From Nitrospinota bacterium (GTDB lineage: Bacteria > UBA8248), in the NCBI GenBank assembly GCA_036231405.1, contig JAZAHK010000043.1, positions 1 to 27,077 of the forward strand: a stretch of DNA of 27,077 nt, written 5' to 3'. A program made the translations under genes and the position numbers. This document shows positions 1 through 9,518 of the stretch, in pieces (position 1 is the stretch's first letter; each line of letters begins with the position of its first letter). The notes under the pieces were generated by a model. It was given only the letters and a program-made list of their open reading frames with translations, searched no databases and was not told where the DNA came from.

Positions 1-1122
1 AATATCGTGAAAAAGACCCGCCCTTTTTGCCATGTAGGGGTTTAAACCTAATTCGTTTGCAAGTATCCCAGCTAAATGCGCTACCTCTTTAGAATGCTCA
101 AGAGCATTTTGATTATAGCTTGTTCTATATTTCATACGACCAAGATGTTTAATCAAATCAGGATGAACATCTTCGATTGAAAGTTCTACCACAGCATCCT
201 TTCCAGCTTGAAGAATTAGGTTCTCAATTTCTGTAGTGGTCTTTTTCACTACTTCTTCTATACGTCCAGGATGAATTCGACCATCTTCAACCAAAAATTC
301 AAGAGACAATCTAGCAATTTCTCTTCTTACCTTATCAAAAGCTGAAACAATAACCGCCTCAGGAGTATCATCAACTATAATATCCACTCCAGTTGCCAAC
401 TCAAGAGCACGTATATTTCTTCCTTCACGACCAATTATCCTTCCTTTCATCTCTTCGTTTGGGATTACAACAACGCTCACTAAACTCTCTGCAACATAAT
501 CATTTGAGTATCGTTCTGCAGCAGTAGCAATTAGTTTTTGTGATTCAATTGTCAAATTTTGTTTTACCTTTTCTTCATATTTTTTAATTTCTTTATGGAT
601 ATCCTTTTTAGCTTCTTCTTCATATTTATCCATTAATTCTTTTTTCGCATCTTGAGCAGTCAATCCCGAAATTCTCTCTAATTTTTTATTTTCCTCTTCA
701 ATCAGTTGGGAATAATGTTCCTCATTTTCTTCTATCTTTTTTTCTCGTTCTTGCATTTGTGACAGACGTTTCTCAATTGAAAAATCTTTAGAATCCAGAT
801 TTTGCCTTCTTTTATCCAATACATCTTCCCTTTGGGTCAAACGATCTTCAATTTTCTGCAATTCATTAAATCTATCTTTATTCTCATTGACTAGTTTCTC
901 TCTAAGCTGGAATAACTGCCCCTTATGACTAATTTCTAAATCCTTGATTTTTTGACTCAATTTTTCCTCGGCATCTCGTTCCAATGACTTAATCTTAGCG
1001 TCAAATTCATTTTGAGTTTTTGAAAGATTTTTCTTAGAACTAGCAATCAAGAAAAGAATGATTGCAATACTTAAGACCATTAAAACACATAAAGCGATCA
1101 ATAAATTTGTATCTGTTAACAT
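1..1122 (-). CDS. rny: Ribonuclease Y (3' end runs off the window; missing from the ORF track)
   Basis: Manual translation from ATG at 1122 (GGGAG RBS upstream) gives an N-terminal hydrophobic anchor (MLTDTNLLIALCVLMVLSIAIILFLIA), a long coiled coil, the KH motif EMKGRIIGREGRNIRALE, and the HD motif AKRAGLFHDI at the window edge. Confidence 0.95.
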   Translation of the reverse strand, partial: MLTDTNLLIALCVLMVLSIAIILFLIASSKKNLSKTQNEFDAKIKSLERDAEEKLSQKIKDLEISHKGQLFQLREKLVNENKDRFNELQKIEDRLTQREDVLDKRRQNLDSKDFSIEKRLSQMQEREKKIEENEEHYSQLIEEENKKLERISGLTAQDAKKELMDKYEEEAKKDIHKEIKKYEEKVKQNLTIESQKLIATAAERYSNDYVAESLVSVVVIPNEEMKGRIIGREGRNIRALELATGVDIIVDDTPEAVIVSAFDKVRREIARLSLEFLVEDGRIHPGRIEEVVKKTTTEIENLILQAGKDAVVELSIEDVHPDLIKHLGRMKYRTSYNQNALEHSKEVAHLAGILANELGLNPYMAKRAGLFHDI

Positions 1123-1140
1123 CAGAGTCTCCCAAAATAT

Positions 1141-1737
1141 TTAATAGGAACACCTAATCGACTCTTTATCGGTTATTATCCAATCTAGACGTTGATCCCA
1201 TTTTTCAGATGGCAAATTGTGCTCCCAAAAAAGCTGAAATGAATACCCAATACCTAATCGTATGGTTCTTAAATTTAGAATATTAAAAAAATTATCATAA
1301 AATCCTCTACCATAACCTAATCTCGTTCCGTTCAAATCAAATGCTAAACCAGGGGTTAAAATAACATCAAAAATTGAAGAATCAACTTGAGTACTTTGAT
1401 CAGAAGGTTCTAATATATTCGAATACCCAACTGAAAAGTCATCTTTAAAATTATCTACCAAGTAGAAATCTAAATTTTCTCCCTTCACCTTAGGAAAATA
1501 AAAAGCTCTATTAGAATTTTTATAACATTTCCAAATTGAAGAAATATCTATCTCCTTATTCGCATGAATTGGATAAAAAACCGCTATATGTCTCAACTGA
1601 AAAATTGTCAAGAAATATTCGACCCTATGACATAACTTGAAACTAGTAACTCTCCTTTTACAGTCAGGCAGTTCGTTCCGTATGTTCTTGATTTTTTCTC
1701 TTAAAACATCTTTTTCTGATTTCTTGAGAAATCCCAA
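1141..1737 (-). CDS. ygfA: 5-formyltetrahydrofolate cyclo-ligase
   Basis: Motifs PGLAFD..G.RLGYGRGFYD and D..LD.IIT; located directly downstream of 6S RNA as in the conserved ssrS-ygfA arrangement. TTG start. Confidence 0.93.
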   Translation of the reverse strand: MGFLKKSEKDVLREKIKNIRNELPDCKRRVTSFKLCHRVEYFLTIFQLRHIAVFYPIHANKEIDISSIWKCYKNSNRAFYFPKVKGENLDFYLVDNFKDDFSVGYSNILEPSDQSTQVDSSIFDVILTPGLAFDLNGTRLGYGRGFYDNFFNILNLRTIRLGIGYSFQLFWEHNLPSEKWDQRLDWIITDKESIRCSY

Positions 1738-1764
1738 TTTTTAAAATCCTAAATAAAAAACTCA

Positions 1765-1947
1765 GATGACCCCATCATTGTGCCGTGTGAGTTAAGCTAT
1801 GAACCCAGCCTTGGCTAGGTGGGCATCCAAAATGCGGCTTTAGGTTCAAATCCGTGTGGAAATGACTCACCACCTCATGGAAGGATTCCCTTTTCAAAAA
1901 TTACTGGGTCAAATGCTTCCACTCATCACGTTCACGACAGGGTCTTT
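1765..1947 (-). ncRNA. ssrS: 6S RNA
   Basis: About 180-nt non-coding stretch, GC-richer than its flanks, between zapA and ygfA (canonical position). The minus-strand ends pair (GACCCTGTCGTG ... CACAATGATGGGGTC), with an inner pairing GACCCAG/CTGGGTTC. Ends are approximate. Confidence 0.85.
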
Positions 1948-2014
1948 GACTAAAAACAAAGCAGGAAAAAACAATTTGGAAGAAGAAAAACTGAAGAGTA
2001 ATTCAGATCTGAAT

Positions 2015-2290
2015 TTAAACAGCTTCCTTAATTAACTCTATTAACTTATCGGCTTTTTCAGTTATAGCCTCATTATTATCAATTAAGTTTTTTTGTTCAC
2101 TAAAAAATTCATTAGCAATATTCATGGATGCTAATAGTACAACTTTAAGCGGATCATTACTCTGTCTAGAAACTTTCATTATTTCTTTATCAACGAAATC
2201 TGCAAGTTTCTGTGCATAATCCGGATCAGCATCACTCTTTAAATTCAAAACTTGTCCGAAAATCTTTAATGTTAATTTCTTCTCACTCAT
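2015..2290 (-). CDS. zapA: Cell division protein ZapA
   Basis: 91 aa; pattern LKIFGQ..., LADFVDKEI, VLLASMNIANE followed by a coiled coil; pheT-zapB-zapA-ssrS synteny. Confidence 0.88.
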   Translation of the reverse strand: MSEKKLTLKIFGQVLNLKSDADPDYAQKLADFVDKEIMKVSRQSNDPLKVVLLASMNIANEFFSEQKNLIDNNEAITEKADKLIELIKEAV

Positions 2291-2306
2291 TATTTATTCC
2301 AAAATA

Positions 2307-2567
2307 CTAGTTTACACACAAGCTTGAAAGTACTTTCTCTACACGCTCCCTAGCTTTCTGTTGAGCAATATTAAGTTTATCATTCTCTGTTTCTACCTCT
2401 TCAAGCTTTTTCCTATTTAACAATATTTCTTCATTAGCTTTTTCTAGATCATCTTTTGTTTTTTCAACCAAGATACCCATTTCATCAATTGACCTTCGCA
2501 ACAGAACTACTTCCTTCAAAACTCTTTTTATATCCGACTCAAGATTATCCATCTTATCTAAAACCAT
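2307..2567 (-). CDS. Small coiled-coil protein, ZapB-like
   Basis: 86-aa all-coiled-coil ORF ending RERVEKVLSSL, upstream of zapA. Start moved to the ATG at 2567, which has a GAGG RBS. Confidence 0.65.
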   Translation of the reverse strand: MVLDKMDNLESDIKRVLKEVVLLRRSIDEMGILVEKTKDDLEKANEEILLNRKKLEEVETENDKLNIAQQKARERVEKVLSSLCVN

Positions 2568-2640
2568 AAAAGTAAGCCTCACAAATACATAAAAAAGAAC
2601 TAGGATTATTGTATTGATCGCATCCATATAATGTCAAGGA

Positions 2641-5070
2641 TTATGATCTAAGGCGGGCACCAAACTTAGAACTCAAATCACACACAATAGAATCAAAAGC
2701 TTTATTAACTTCTTCATCTTTTAAAGTGCGTTTGGGATTATTAAAAACAAGTGTATAAGCAACGCTTTTTTGATTACTGTTCTCTAGATTGGTCCCATGG
2801 TAAACATCAAACAATTTTATGGAACTTAGGATATCACCCGCTGCCTCCAAAATTACTGCCTCTATTGAAGAATTTGGTATTTTTTTGTCCAAAACAATTG
2901 CTAGATCTCTATAACTTTCTGGAAAACGATTAAGTTCTTCCATCCTTTTTATAGAAAAATCTTCTTTAGAAATAAAATCTAAATTAATCTCAAACGAGGA
3001 TAACTCTTGATCAATTCCAAAATAATCGAGACAAGATTTTTTTATGTGTCCTATCTCTCCTACCTGTCGATCATTTAAATTTATTTTTGCGTAAGACCCA
3101 AACTCATATGGACTGATAGAATCAGGTTTAGCATTCTCAAAATCTAGAGAAGGGAAATTAAGGAATTCTAATACTCGCTCTAACGAGCCCTTCAAAGTAA
3201 AAATATCTTTAGGTAGTGGGGAATCTCCTCCTGGAGAAGTGCCATCAGTCCATAGTAAAATGCTTTCAGAATCAACTAGAACCGCAGACATTTCAAGGAA
3301 TTCTAGAGGTAGTTTTTCGTCCTTTTCAAAAGTTTTTCCTATCTCAAAAAGTTTAATTGAACGTTGCCCATGATTAAGATTCAAAGATACATTTTGAAGC
3401 AATCCTGACAAAAGAGTAGTTCTCATCGAAGACATTTCACTACTAAGAGGATTTTTCAAAGAAACTATTTTATCTAGATCTGCTCCTAAAATCTCAAGTG
3501 TAGAAGAGTTAACAAAACTATAATTAATTACCTCATCGAAACCAGAATGTATCATAGCATCTCTGCTACAGTTCTCTATACTTCTTCTTTTTGAACGAGA
3601 CTTAGGAGGCTTTGAAGTTCTAGGCAATGAAGAAGGAAAAGTATTATACCCTTTCCTTCGTGCTATCTCTTCAATTAAATCTATTTCACGTGTAATATCT
3701 GGTCTAAATGTAGGAATCTCAAAAACTATCGAATCCTTTTTCTCTTTTAAGCAATTAATTGAGAGTGGTTCCAGCAAATTTTTTATTTCTTCTACAGTAA
3801 AATTAATTCCTAGCAAATTCGCAACTCTATCTAGACGAAGCGAAATAGTAACTGGTTTAATTGGAACTGGATAAACATCCAGAACAGTTGAAGAAATTTT
3901 TCCGTCAGTAAGTTGTCTAGTTAACTCGACTGCCATATTGATTGCTAAAATAGTTCCGTTCGGATCAACTCCTCTCTCAAATCTATATGAGGCCTCAGTA
4001 TTGAGACCGATCTTTCGTCGAGTTTTACGAATACAAGATGGAGAAAAATGTGCACTTTCAAATAGAATATTCTTAGTGTCTTGATTAACCTCTGAATTGA
4101 CTCCACCTATCACACCAGCCAGAGCAATCGGACCTCCAGAATCACAAATCATAAGATCATCTTCAGACAAATCGTATTTTTTACCATCCAAAGCTACAAA
4201 CTCACTGTCCTCTTGCTTCCATCTTCGGACTATAATTTTTTCTCCTCTAAGCCTATCCAGATCAAAAGAATGAAGAGGTTGTCCTAAAGTAAACATTACA
4301 TAATTAGTAATATCAACCACATTGTTGATTGGTCGCATACCTGATGACCTGAGTCGTGCTTTTAGCCAATCAGGAGAATCGCCAATTGTTGCATCAAAAA
4401 TGGCTCTTGCAGTATATCTAGGACAATCATCAGGATTCAGAACTTCGATCTTTTTGTCAACTGAAATAGATTCATCTTTTACTACAACTTCTGGAATTTT
4501 TATTTTTTTTTCTAAAATAGCAGAACTTTCACGTGCCACTCCTAAAACAGACAAACAATCTGACCTATTTGGAGTAATTGAAATATCCAGGACAGGATCT
4601 TCTAAACCAAGAACTTCATCTGGAGATATCCCTATTTTACAGTCTTTTGAAAGGACCATAATTCCACTTTGATCTTCTCCAATACCAAGTTCTTTTTCAG
4701 AACAAATCATTCCGTTACTAGAAACACCACGAATCTTTGTGTTTTTAATTTTTTGCCCATTAGGAAAAATAAATCCTGGATTTGCAACAACGACTTTGTG
4801 CCCAGGGGAAACGTTTTTCGCTCCACATACAATCCGTCTTTCATTCACACCATCATTTACCACACATAATTTGAGCCGATCGGCGTCAGGATGATCTTCA
4901 ACCGAAACAATTTCGGCAATGACTAGGTTGGCACTATCTAATTTATTTACTTCAACTACCTCTGTCTCTAAACCTGACAAAAGCAATTCTTCCGAAAGAA
5001 CAACTGCAAACGCGTTATCTACTTTCTCTAGTTGCAGAAATTCTGACAACCATTTTAGAGTAATTAACAT
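2641..5070 (-). CDS. pheT: Phenylalanyl-tRNA synthetase beta subunit
   Basis: Motifs HPDADRLKLC, VCGAKNV, ITPNRSDCLS, NNVVDITNYV, SYRFERGVD, DLIEEIAR and a C-terminal FDX-ACB domain. Confidence 0.98.
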   Translation of the reverse strand: MLITLKWLSEFLQLEKVDNAFAVVLSEELLLSGLETEVVEVNKLDSANLVIAEIVSVEDHPDADRLKLCVVNDGVNERRIVCGAKNVSPGHKVVVANPGFIFPNGQKIKNTKIRGVSSNGMICSEKELGIGEDQSGIMVLSKDCKIGISPDEVLGLEDPVLDISITPNRSDCLSVLGVARESSAILEKKIKIPEVVVKDESISVDKKIEVLNPDDCPRYTARAIFDATIGDSPDWLKARLRSSGMRPINNVVDITNYVMFTLGQPLHSFDLDRLRGEKIIVRRWKQEDSEFVALDGKKYDLSEDDLMICDSGGPIALAGVIGGVNSEVNQDTKNILFESAHFSPSCIRKTRRKIGLNTEASYRFERGVDPNGTILAINMAVELTRQLTDGKISSTVLDVYPVPIKPVTISLRLDRVANLLGINFTVEEIKNLLEPLSINCLKEKKDSIVFEIPTFRPDITREIDLIEEIARRKGYNTFPSSLPRTSKPPKSRSKRRSIENCSRDAMIHSGFDEVINYSFVNSSTLEILGADLDKIVSLKNPLSSEMSSMRTTLLSGLLQNVSLNLNHGQRSIKLFEIGKTFEKDEKLPLEFLEMSAVLVDSESILLWTDGTSPGGDSPLPKDIFTLKGSLERVLEFLNFPSLDFENAKPDSISPYEFGSYAKINLNDRQVGEIGHIKKSCLDYFGIDQELSSFEINLDFISKEDFSIKRMEELNRFPESYRDLAIVLDKKIPNSSIEAVILEAAGDILSSIKLFDVYHGTNLENSNQKSVAYTLVFNNPKRTLKDEEVNKAFDSIVCDLSSKFGARLRS

Positions 5071-5095
5071 AGTATCAACCCTAGCAAAAAAATAT

Positions 5096-6187
5096 TTAAA
5101 ACTGCCTGATTGTTCTTAAATCGTTTTCAAAAAACAAGCGAATATCACTTATCCCATAGCGAAGCATCGTTATTCTTTCCACACCTAATCCCCATGCAAA
5201 ACCGCTCCATTCTTCAGGATCATAACCGACGGCTTCAAAAACAGCAGGGTCAATCATGCCTGCACCTAAAACTTCCATCCAATTGCCATTTGCAAGATGG
5301 TCACAGGAGATATCTATCTCCGCACTCGGTTCAGTAAATGGAAAAAAACTAGGTCTTAATCGAACACGAAATTCTGGGCCAAATATTTCAGAAATAAAGG
5401 TTTCAATCGTACCTTTTAAATCTGAGAAAGTTACATTTTTATCCACATAAAGACCTTCTATTTGATGAAACATAGGAGAATGTGTTACATCTGCATCACA
5501 ACGAAAAACTTTACCAGGGGCGATAACTTTAACTGGTGGTTCTTGAGATTTCATTACTCTAATTTGAACTGGGGAAGTGTGGGTTCTTAATAAAACTTCT
5601 TCAGAAATATAGAATGTATCCTGCATATCTCGAGCTGGATGGTCTTTAGGTATATTTAACGCTTCGAAGTTAAAATAATCAAGTTCTGCTTCAGGACCTT
5701 CTGCTACGCTATATCCAAGACGAGTTAGGATTTCGATCAATTCTTCCGTTGTTTGTACTAAAGGATGTTTGTGGCCAATAGGAATTTTTTTTCCAGGAAT
5801 TGTCAAATCTATAAATTTTTTTGATTCATTTTCACTTCTAGAATCTGTTAAAGAGTCTACAGAAACTTCAAATTTTTCAAATAGAAGAGATTTCCCCTCT
5901 TCTAACTTCACGGCAGATAATAAAACTTCTATGGCTGAAATTCTTCCCCCTCTCTTGAATTCTTTGACAAACTCCTCGATCAATGAACGTAAGTTGTTAA
6001 CAAGTGGTCCGATTAGACGCTTTTGGTCAATATCAAAAGTCTTTAAATTCTTGGCTAATTGTGTTATTACCCCGTCCTTACGACCGAGATATCTAAGGCG
6101 AACTTGATCTAAATTTTCAAGACTATCGGATTCAGATAAAGATTCGAATATTTCTTTTCCTATTTTTTCTACCTGGCCAATTTCCAT
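5096..6187 (-). CDS. pheS: Phenylalanyl-tRNA synthetase alpha subunit
   Basis: Motifs HPARDMQDTFY, LLRTHTSPVQ, THSPMFHQIEG, RPSFFPFTEPS and GLGVERITML. Confidence 0.98.
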   Translation of the reverse strand: MEIGQVEKIGKEIFESLSESDSLENLDQVRLRYLGRKDGVITQLAKNLKTFDIDQKRLIGPLVNNLRSLIEEFVKEFKRGGRISAIEVLLSAVKLEEGKSLLFEKFEVSVDSLTDSRSENESKKFIDLTIPGKKIPIGHKHPLVQTTEELIEILTRLGYSVAEGPEAELDYFNFEALNIPKDHPARDMQDTFYISEEVLLRTHTSPVQIRVMKSQEPPVKVIAPGKVFRCDADVTHSPMFHQIEGLYVDKNVTFSDLKGTIETFISEIFGPEFRVRLRPSFFPFTEPSAEIDISCDHLANGNWMEVLGAGMIDPAVFEAVGYDPEEWSGFAWGLGVERITMLRYGISDIRLFFENDLRTIRQF

Positions 6188-6201
6188 TTAATGAATCCCA
6201 T

Positions 6202-6234
6202 AAAAAAAAAGCTCCACCTATTTCGGAGGAGCTT
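6202..6234 (-). terminator. Intrinsic terminator / possible attenuator between rplT and pheS
   Basis: Minus strand reads AAGCTCCTCC-GAAATA-GGTGGAGC followed by T9; it ends 14 nt upstream of the pheS ATG. Confidence 0.7.
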
Positions 6235-6251
6235 AAAAAAAAAATAATTCA

Positions 6252-6605
6252 TCATATTTCTGCCCGAGCTAGCTCTACTAATTTAGAGAATGAAGAAGGA
6301 TCCGAAACAGCTAAATCGGCTAAAATTTTTCTATTTACATCGATTCCAGCCTTATTTAAACCACCAATAAATTTACTATAAGACAATCCAAATTCACGCG
6401 CTGCAGCATTTATCCTAACATTCCACAATCTTCTAAATTCTCTTTTTCTTGTCCTTCTATCTCTGGTTGCATAGGCCATTGATCTGAATAGAGTTTCTCG
6501 AGCTGATCTAAAACGTTTTGACCGCGCACCCCTAAAGCCTTTAGCTTGCTTTAAAACTCTTTTATGGCGTTCACGACCAGCTACATTCCCAGTTGAACGA
6601 GGCAT
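6252..6605 (-). CDS. rplT: 50S ribosomal protein L20
   Basis: MPRS...[38 protein letters not shown] at 6605 with a GGAG RBS. Confidence 0.97.
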   Translation of the reverse strand: MPRSTGNVAGRERHKRVLKQAKGFRGARSKRFRSARETLFRSMAYATRDRRTRKREFRRLWNVRINAAAREFGLSYSKFIGGLNKAGIDVNRKILADLAVSDPSSFSKLVELARAEI

Positions 6606-6708
6606 CTGACACTCCAAAAAACTGAAAAACAAATGAAGGGAGCGAATATATCTACAAGTGAAAAATCATGCAACCCAAAAGGTATTAAATTATTTCAAAA
6701 AAAACAGA

Positions 6709-6906
6709 TTAACTATAAGGCAACAATCGTTTAATCATCTTCTCATCTACAGGGTTAGCAATGGAACTATGCCTAAGTTCTCTCTTACGCTTTGTCGTTT
6801 TATTAGTAAGGATATGTCGGCGATGAGAATGATTAAATTTCACCTTCCCGCCACTGGTCACTTTAAATCTCTTTGCAGCTCCCCTGTTCGTCTTAAGTTT
6901 AGGCAT
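6709..6906 (-). CDS. rpmI: 50S ribosomal protein L35
   Basis: [17 protein letters not shown]...HILT.K..KRKR.LR; infC-rpmI-rplT order. Confidence 0.97.
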   Translation of the reverse strand: MPKLKTNRGAAKRFKVTSGGKVKFNHSHRRHILTNKTTKRKRELRHSSIANPVDEKMIKRLLPYS

Positions 6907-6942
6907 TATTTCATTCCTCTTTCACTTTAAACTCTCAGAAAT

Positions 6943-7500
6943 TTATGAACTTTTTTTTGACACTCTAGGGCCAATTACAGCCGTCATATTACGGCCTTCT
7001 AAATTTGGTTCTTGCTCAACAATACCAAATTCATCAAGATCTTCTATCATTCTATCTATCAATTTTCTGCCTAATTCCGAGTGAGTTACTTCTCGTCCAC
7101 GAAACATTATGGTTACTTTTGCTTTATTCCCATCATTCAAAAATCTTTCAGCATGCTTCTTCTTGATTTGATAATCATGCTCTTCTATTTTTATCCTCAA
7201 TTTGACTTCTTTAACCTCTATCACTTTCTGCTTCTTTTTTGCCTCTTGGGCTTTCTTTTGTTGGATATATTTGAATCTACCTAAATCCATAATTTTACAT
7301 ACAGGTGGATCGGAATTAGGAGATACCTCAACCAAATCCAAATCTCTTTCTTCCGCAACTGTCACTGCAGCTTCAATCGAAAAGTCTCCCAATTGACCAC
7401 CATCCTCATCTATTACTCTGACCTTGGCTGCAGTAATATCCCTATTCGCTCTTGGACCAGAACGACTATTCTTCTCATTACCACGCGATCTCTGAACCAT
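6943..7500 (-). CDS. infC: Translation initiation factor IF-3
   Basis: Motifs DLVEVSPNSDPPVCKIMD.G.FKY, KEVKLR..IEEHDY and IMFRGRE. Confidence 0.97.
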   Translation of the reverse strand: MVQRSRGNEKNSRSGPRANRDITAAKVRVIDEDGGQLGDFSIEAAVTVAEERDLDLVEVSPNSDPPVCKIMDLGRFKYIQQKKAQEAKKKQKVIEVKEVKLRIKIEEHDYQIKKKHAERFLNDGNKAKVTIMFRGREVTHSELGRKLIDRMIEDLDEFGIVEQEPNLEGRNMTAVIGPRVSKKSS

Positions 7501-7502
7501 GC

Positions 7503-9374
7503 CTAATCAACCCTAGGGTTAGTTGTTCTAGATTTTATATCTAGTGAAATTTTGTCAATCAATTCATTGATTATAAAGGAACCTTTGTTCCCTTGTCCAC
7601 GAACACGGACCGAAACATGAGAAGACTCTGCCTCACGTGCACCTACTACCAACATGTAAGGAACTTTATCCGATTCTGCTTCTCGTATCTTGTAACTTAT
7701 TTTTTCATTTCTAAAATCTGTATCTGCCCGAATATCAGATTTTTTTAATTTGTTTAATACTTCTTCTCCGTAAGGTATTTGTTCATCTGTAATAGTCATA
7801 ACGCGAGCCTGAAAAGGTGAGAGCCAAGTAGGAAATGAAGCAGAGTATTGCTCAATTAATCCACCAACGAATCTCTCCATAGAACCCAAAACTGTTCGGT
7901 GTATCATAACAACTTTTTTACGTTCCCCATCTTGACTCACATAATTCAAATTAAAACGGTTTGGTAAATTAAAATCAAACTGTATGGTCGGTCCTTGCCA
8001 GCCACGACCTAATGCATCAAGCATTTTTATATCAATCTTTGGACCATAAAACGCAGCTTCCCCCTCGATACGTTTATACTCAATTTTCCTCTTCTCTAAT
8101 GCATTAATTAAAGCAGTTTCAGCAGTTTCCCAATCCTTTAGAACTCCCGCGTATTTTCCAAAATCTTCGCTATCATGAACAGAAAGTTCGGTAATAAAGT
8201 CTGTATAACCAAATGTTTCAAGCATGAAATGAGCCAAATCTATCACTCCTAATACTTCATCTTCTGCTTGTTGAGGAGTACAAAAAATATGGGCATCATC
8301 CTGAGTAAATCCACGAACACGGAGCATTCCGTGAAGAGTCCCACTCCTCTCATACCTATATACGGTACCCAACTCAGCATATCTAATAGGCAAATCTCTA
8401 TAACTATGAATATTCTGTTGATAGATTAGAATATGTCCAGGACAATTCATAGGTTTTAGAACATATTCATTTTCATCTACATTTAGAACATACATATTAT
8501 CGCGATAATACTCGTAATGACCAGAGGTATGAAACATTTGGTCTTTCACTATATGTGGGATACTAACTAAATCATAGCCTCTATGAACATGCTCATCCTC
8601 CCAGAATCTCTCTATTGTTTTTCGGATAATTGTCCCTTTAGGTTGCCAGTATATAAGACCACTTCCTGCGACCTCATCGGATAGAAATAGACCGTGTTGT
8701 TTGCCCAGAGTTCGATGATCTCTTTTTTTAGCCTCATCCAACATAGTAAGATGACCATCGAGTTCCTTCCTGCTTGGGAAAGATATTCCATAAATCCTTT
8801 GGAGCATTTTATTGTTTTCGTCACCTCTCCAATATGCCCCAGCAACGTTTAAGAGCTTAAAAAAATTCAAAAAATCAGTAGATGGGACATGTGGTCCTCG
8901 ACATAAATCAATAAAATCTCCTTGAGTATAGATAGAAAGTTTTTCATTAGGAGGTAAGTCTTTAATCATTTCAACTTTATATTTTTGTCCCAAATCTTCA
9001 AAAAGTTTTATGGCATCATCCCTATTAATCTCTTGTCTAACAAACTGCAAATTTCTTTTTGAAATCTCTTTCATCTTATCTTCTATCGTATCAAGATCAT
9101 CCAAGGTGAGTGATTCCTCTAAATCAATATCATAGTAAAAACCGTTGTCTACAGGAGGACCAATTGTAAAAAGGGCATCTGGAAAAACTTCAAGAATCGC
9201 CTGTGCCATAAGGTGTGCTGTACTGTGGCGAAGAATCTCGTTACCTTCCTCTGAGCCTAACGAAATAAATTCTATTTTTTCATTGTCAGGAGAGGCAAGA
9301 TCTAAATCTATAGTTGTATTTCCTATTTTGGCAGCAATTATATTTTCAGGAGTATTCTCTTTATTGCTAGTCAT
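7503..9374 (-). CDS. thrS: Threonyl-tRNA synthetase
   Basis: Motifs RHSTAHLMAQA, DLCRGPH, KPMNCPGH, RVRGFTQDDAHIFC and HRTVLGSMERF. Start moved to the ATG at 9374 because the longer ORF overlaps tRNA-Val. Confidence 0.96.
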   Translation of the reverse strand: MTSNKENTPENIIAAKIGNTTIDLDLASPDNEKIEFISLGSEEGNEILRHSTAHLMAQAILEVFPDALFTIGPPVDNGFYYDIDLEESLTLDDLDTIEDKMKEISKRNLQFVRQEINRDDAIKLFEDLGQKYKVEMIKDLPPNEKLSIYTQGDFIDLCRGPHVPSTDFLNFFKLLNVAGAYWRGDENNKMLQRIYGISFPSRKELDGHLTMLDEAKKRDHRTLGKQHGLFLSDEVAGSGLIYWQPKGTIIRKTIERFWEDEHVHRGYDLVSIPHIVKDQMFHTSGHYEYYRDNMYVLNVDENEYVLKPMNCPGHILIYQQNIHSYRDLPIRYAELGTVYRYERSGTLHGMLRVRGFTQDDAHIFCTPQQAEDEVLGVIDLAHFMLETFGYTDFITELSVHDSEDFGKYAGVLKDWETAETALINALEKRKIEYKRIEGEAAFYGPKIDIKMLDALGRGWQGPTIQFDFNLPNRFNLNYVSQDGERKKVVMIHRTVLGSMERFVGGLIEQYSASFPTWLSPFQARVMTITDEQIPYGEEVLNKLKKSDIRADTDFRNEKISYKIREAESDKVPYMLVVGAREAESSHVSVRVRGQGNKGSFIINELIDKISLDIKSRTTNPRVD

Positions 9375-9418
9375 TGTTTGAGTTAACTCTATCCTTTCAA
9401 AACCTAAAAAACTACCAG

Positions 9419-9493
9419 TGGTAGGCGCGGGCGGTTTTGAACCGCCGACCTCTTGCCTGTCAAGCAAGCGCTCTCCCCCTGAGCTACGCGCCT
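9419..9493 (-). tRNA. tRNA-Val(GAC)
   Basis: Cloverleaf AGGCGCG...CGCGCCT-A-CCA; anticodon arm CTTGC-TT GAC AG-GCAAG; T arm GGCGG-TTCAAAA-CCGCC; CCA encoded. Confidence 0.96.
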
Positions 9494-9518
9494 TCAAAAA
9501 ATTTAAAAATTTGGAAAA

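Noticed and set aside
9375-9497. N-terminal extension of the ThrS ORF (MKARSSGGERLLDRQEVGGS...)
   Set aside because: It is the translation of the tRNA-Val gene; the real start is most likely the ATG at 9374.
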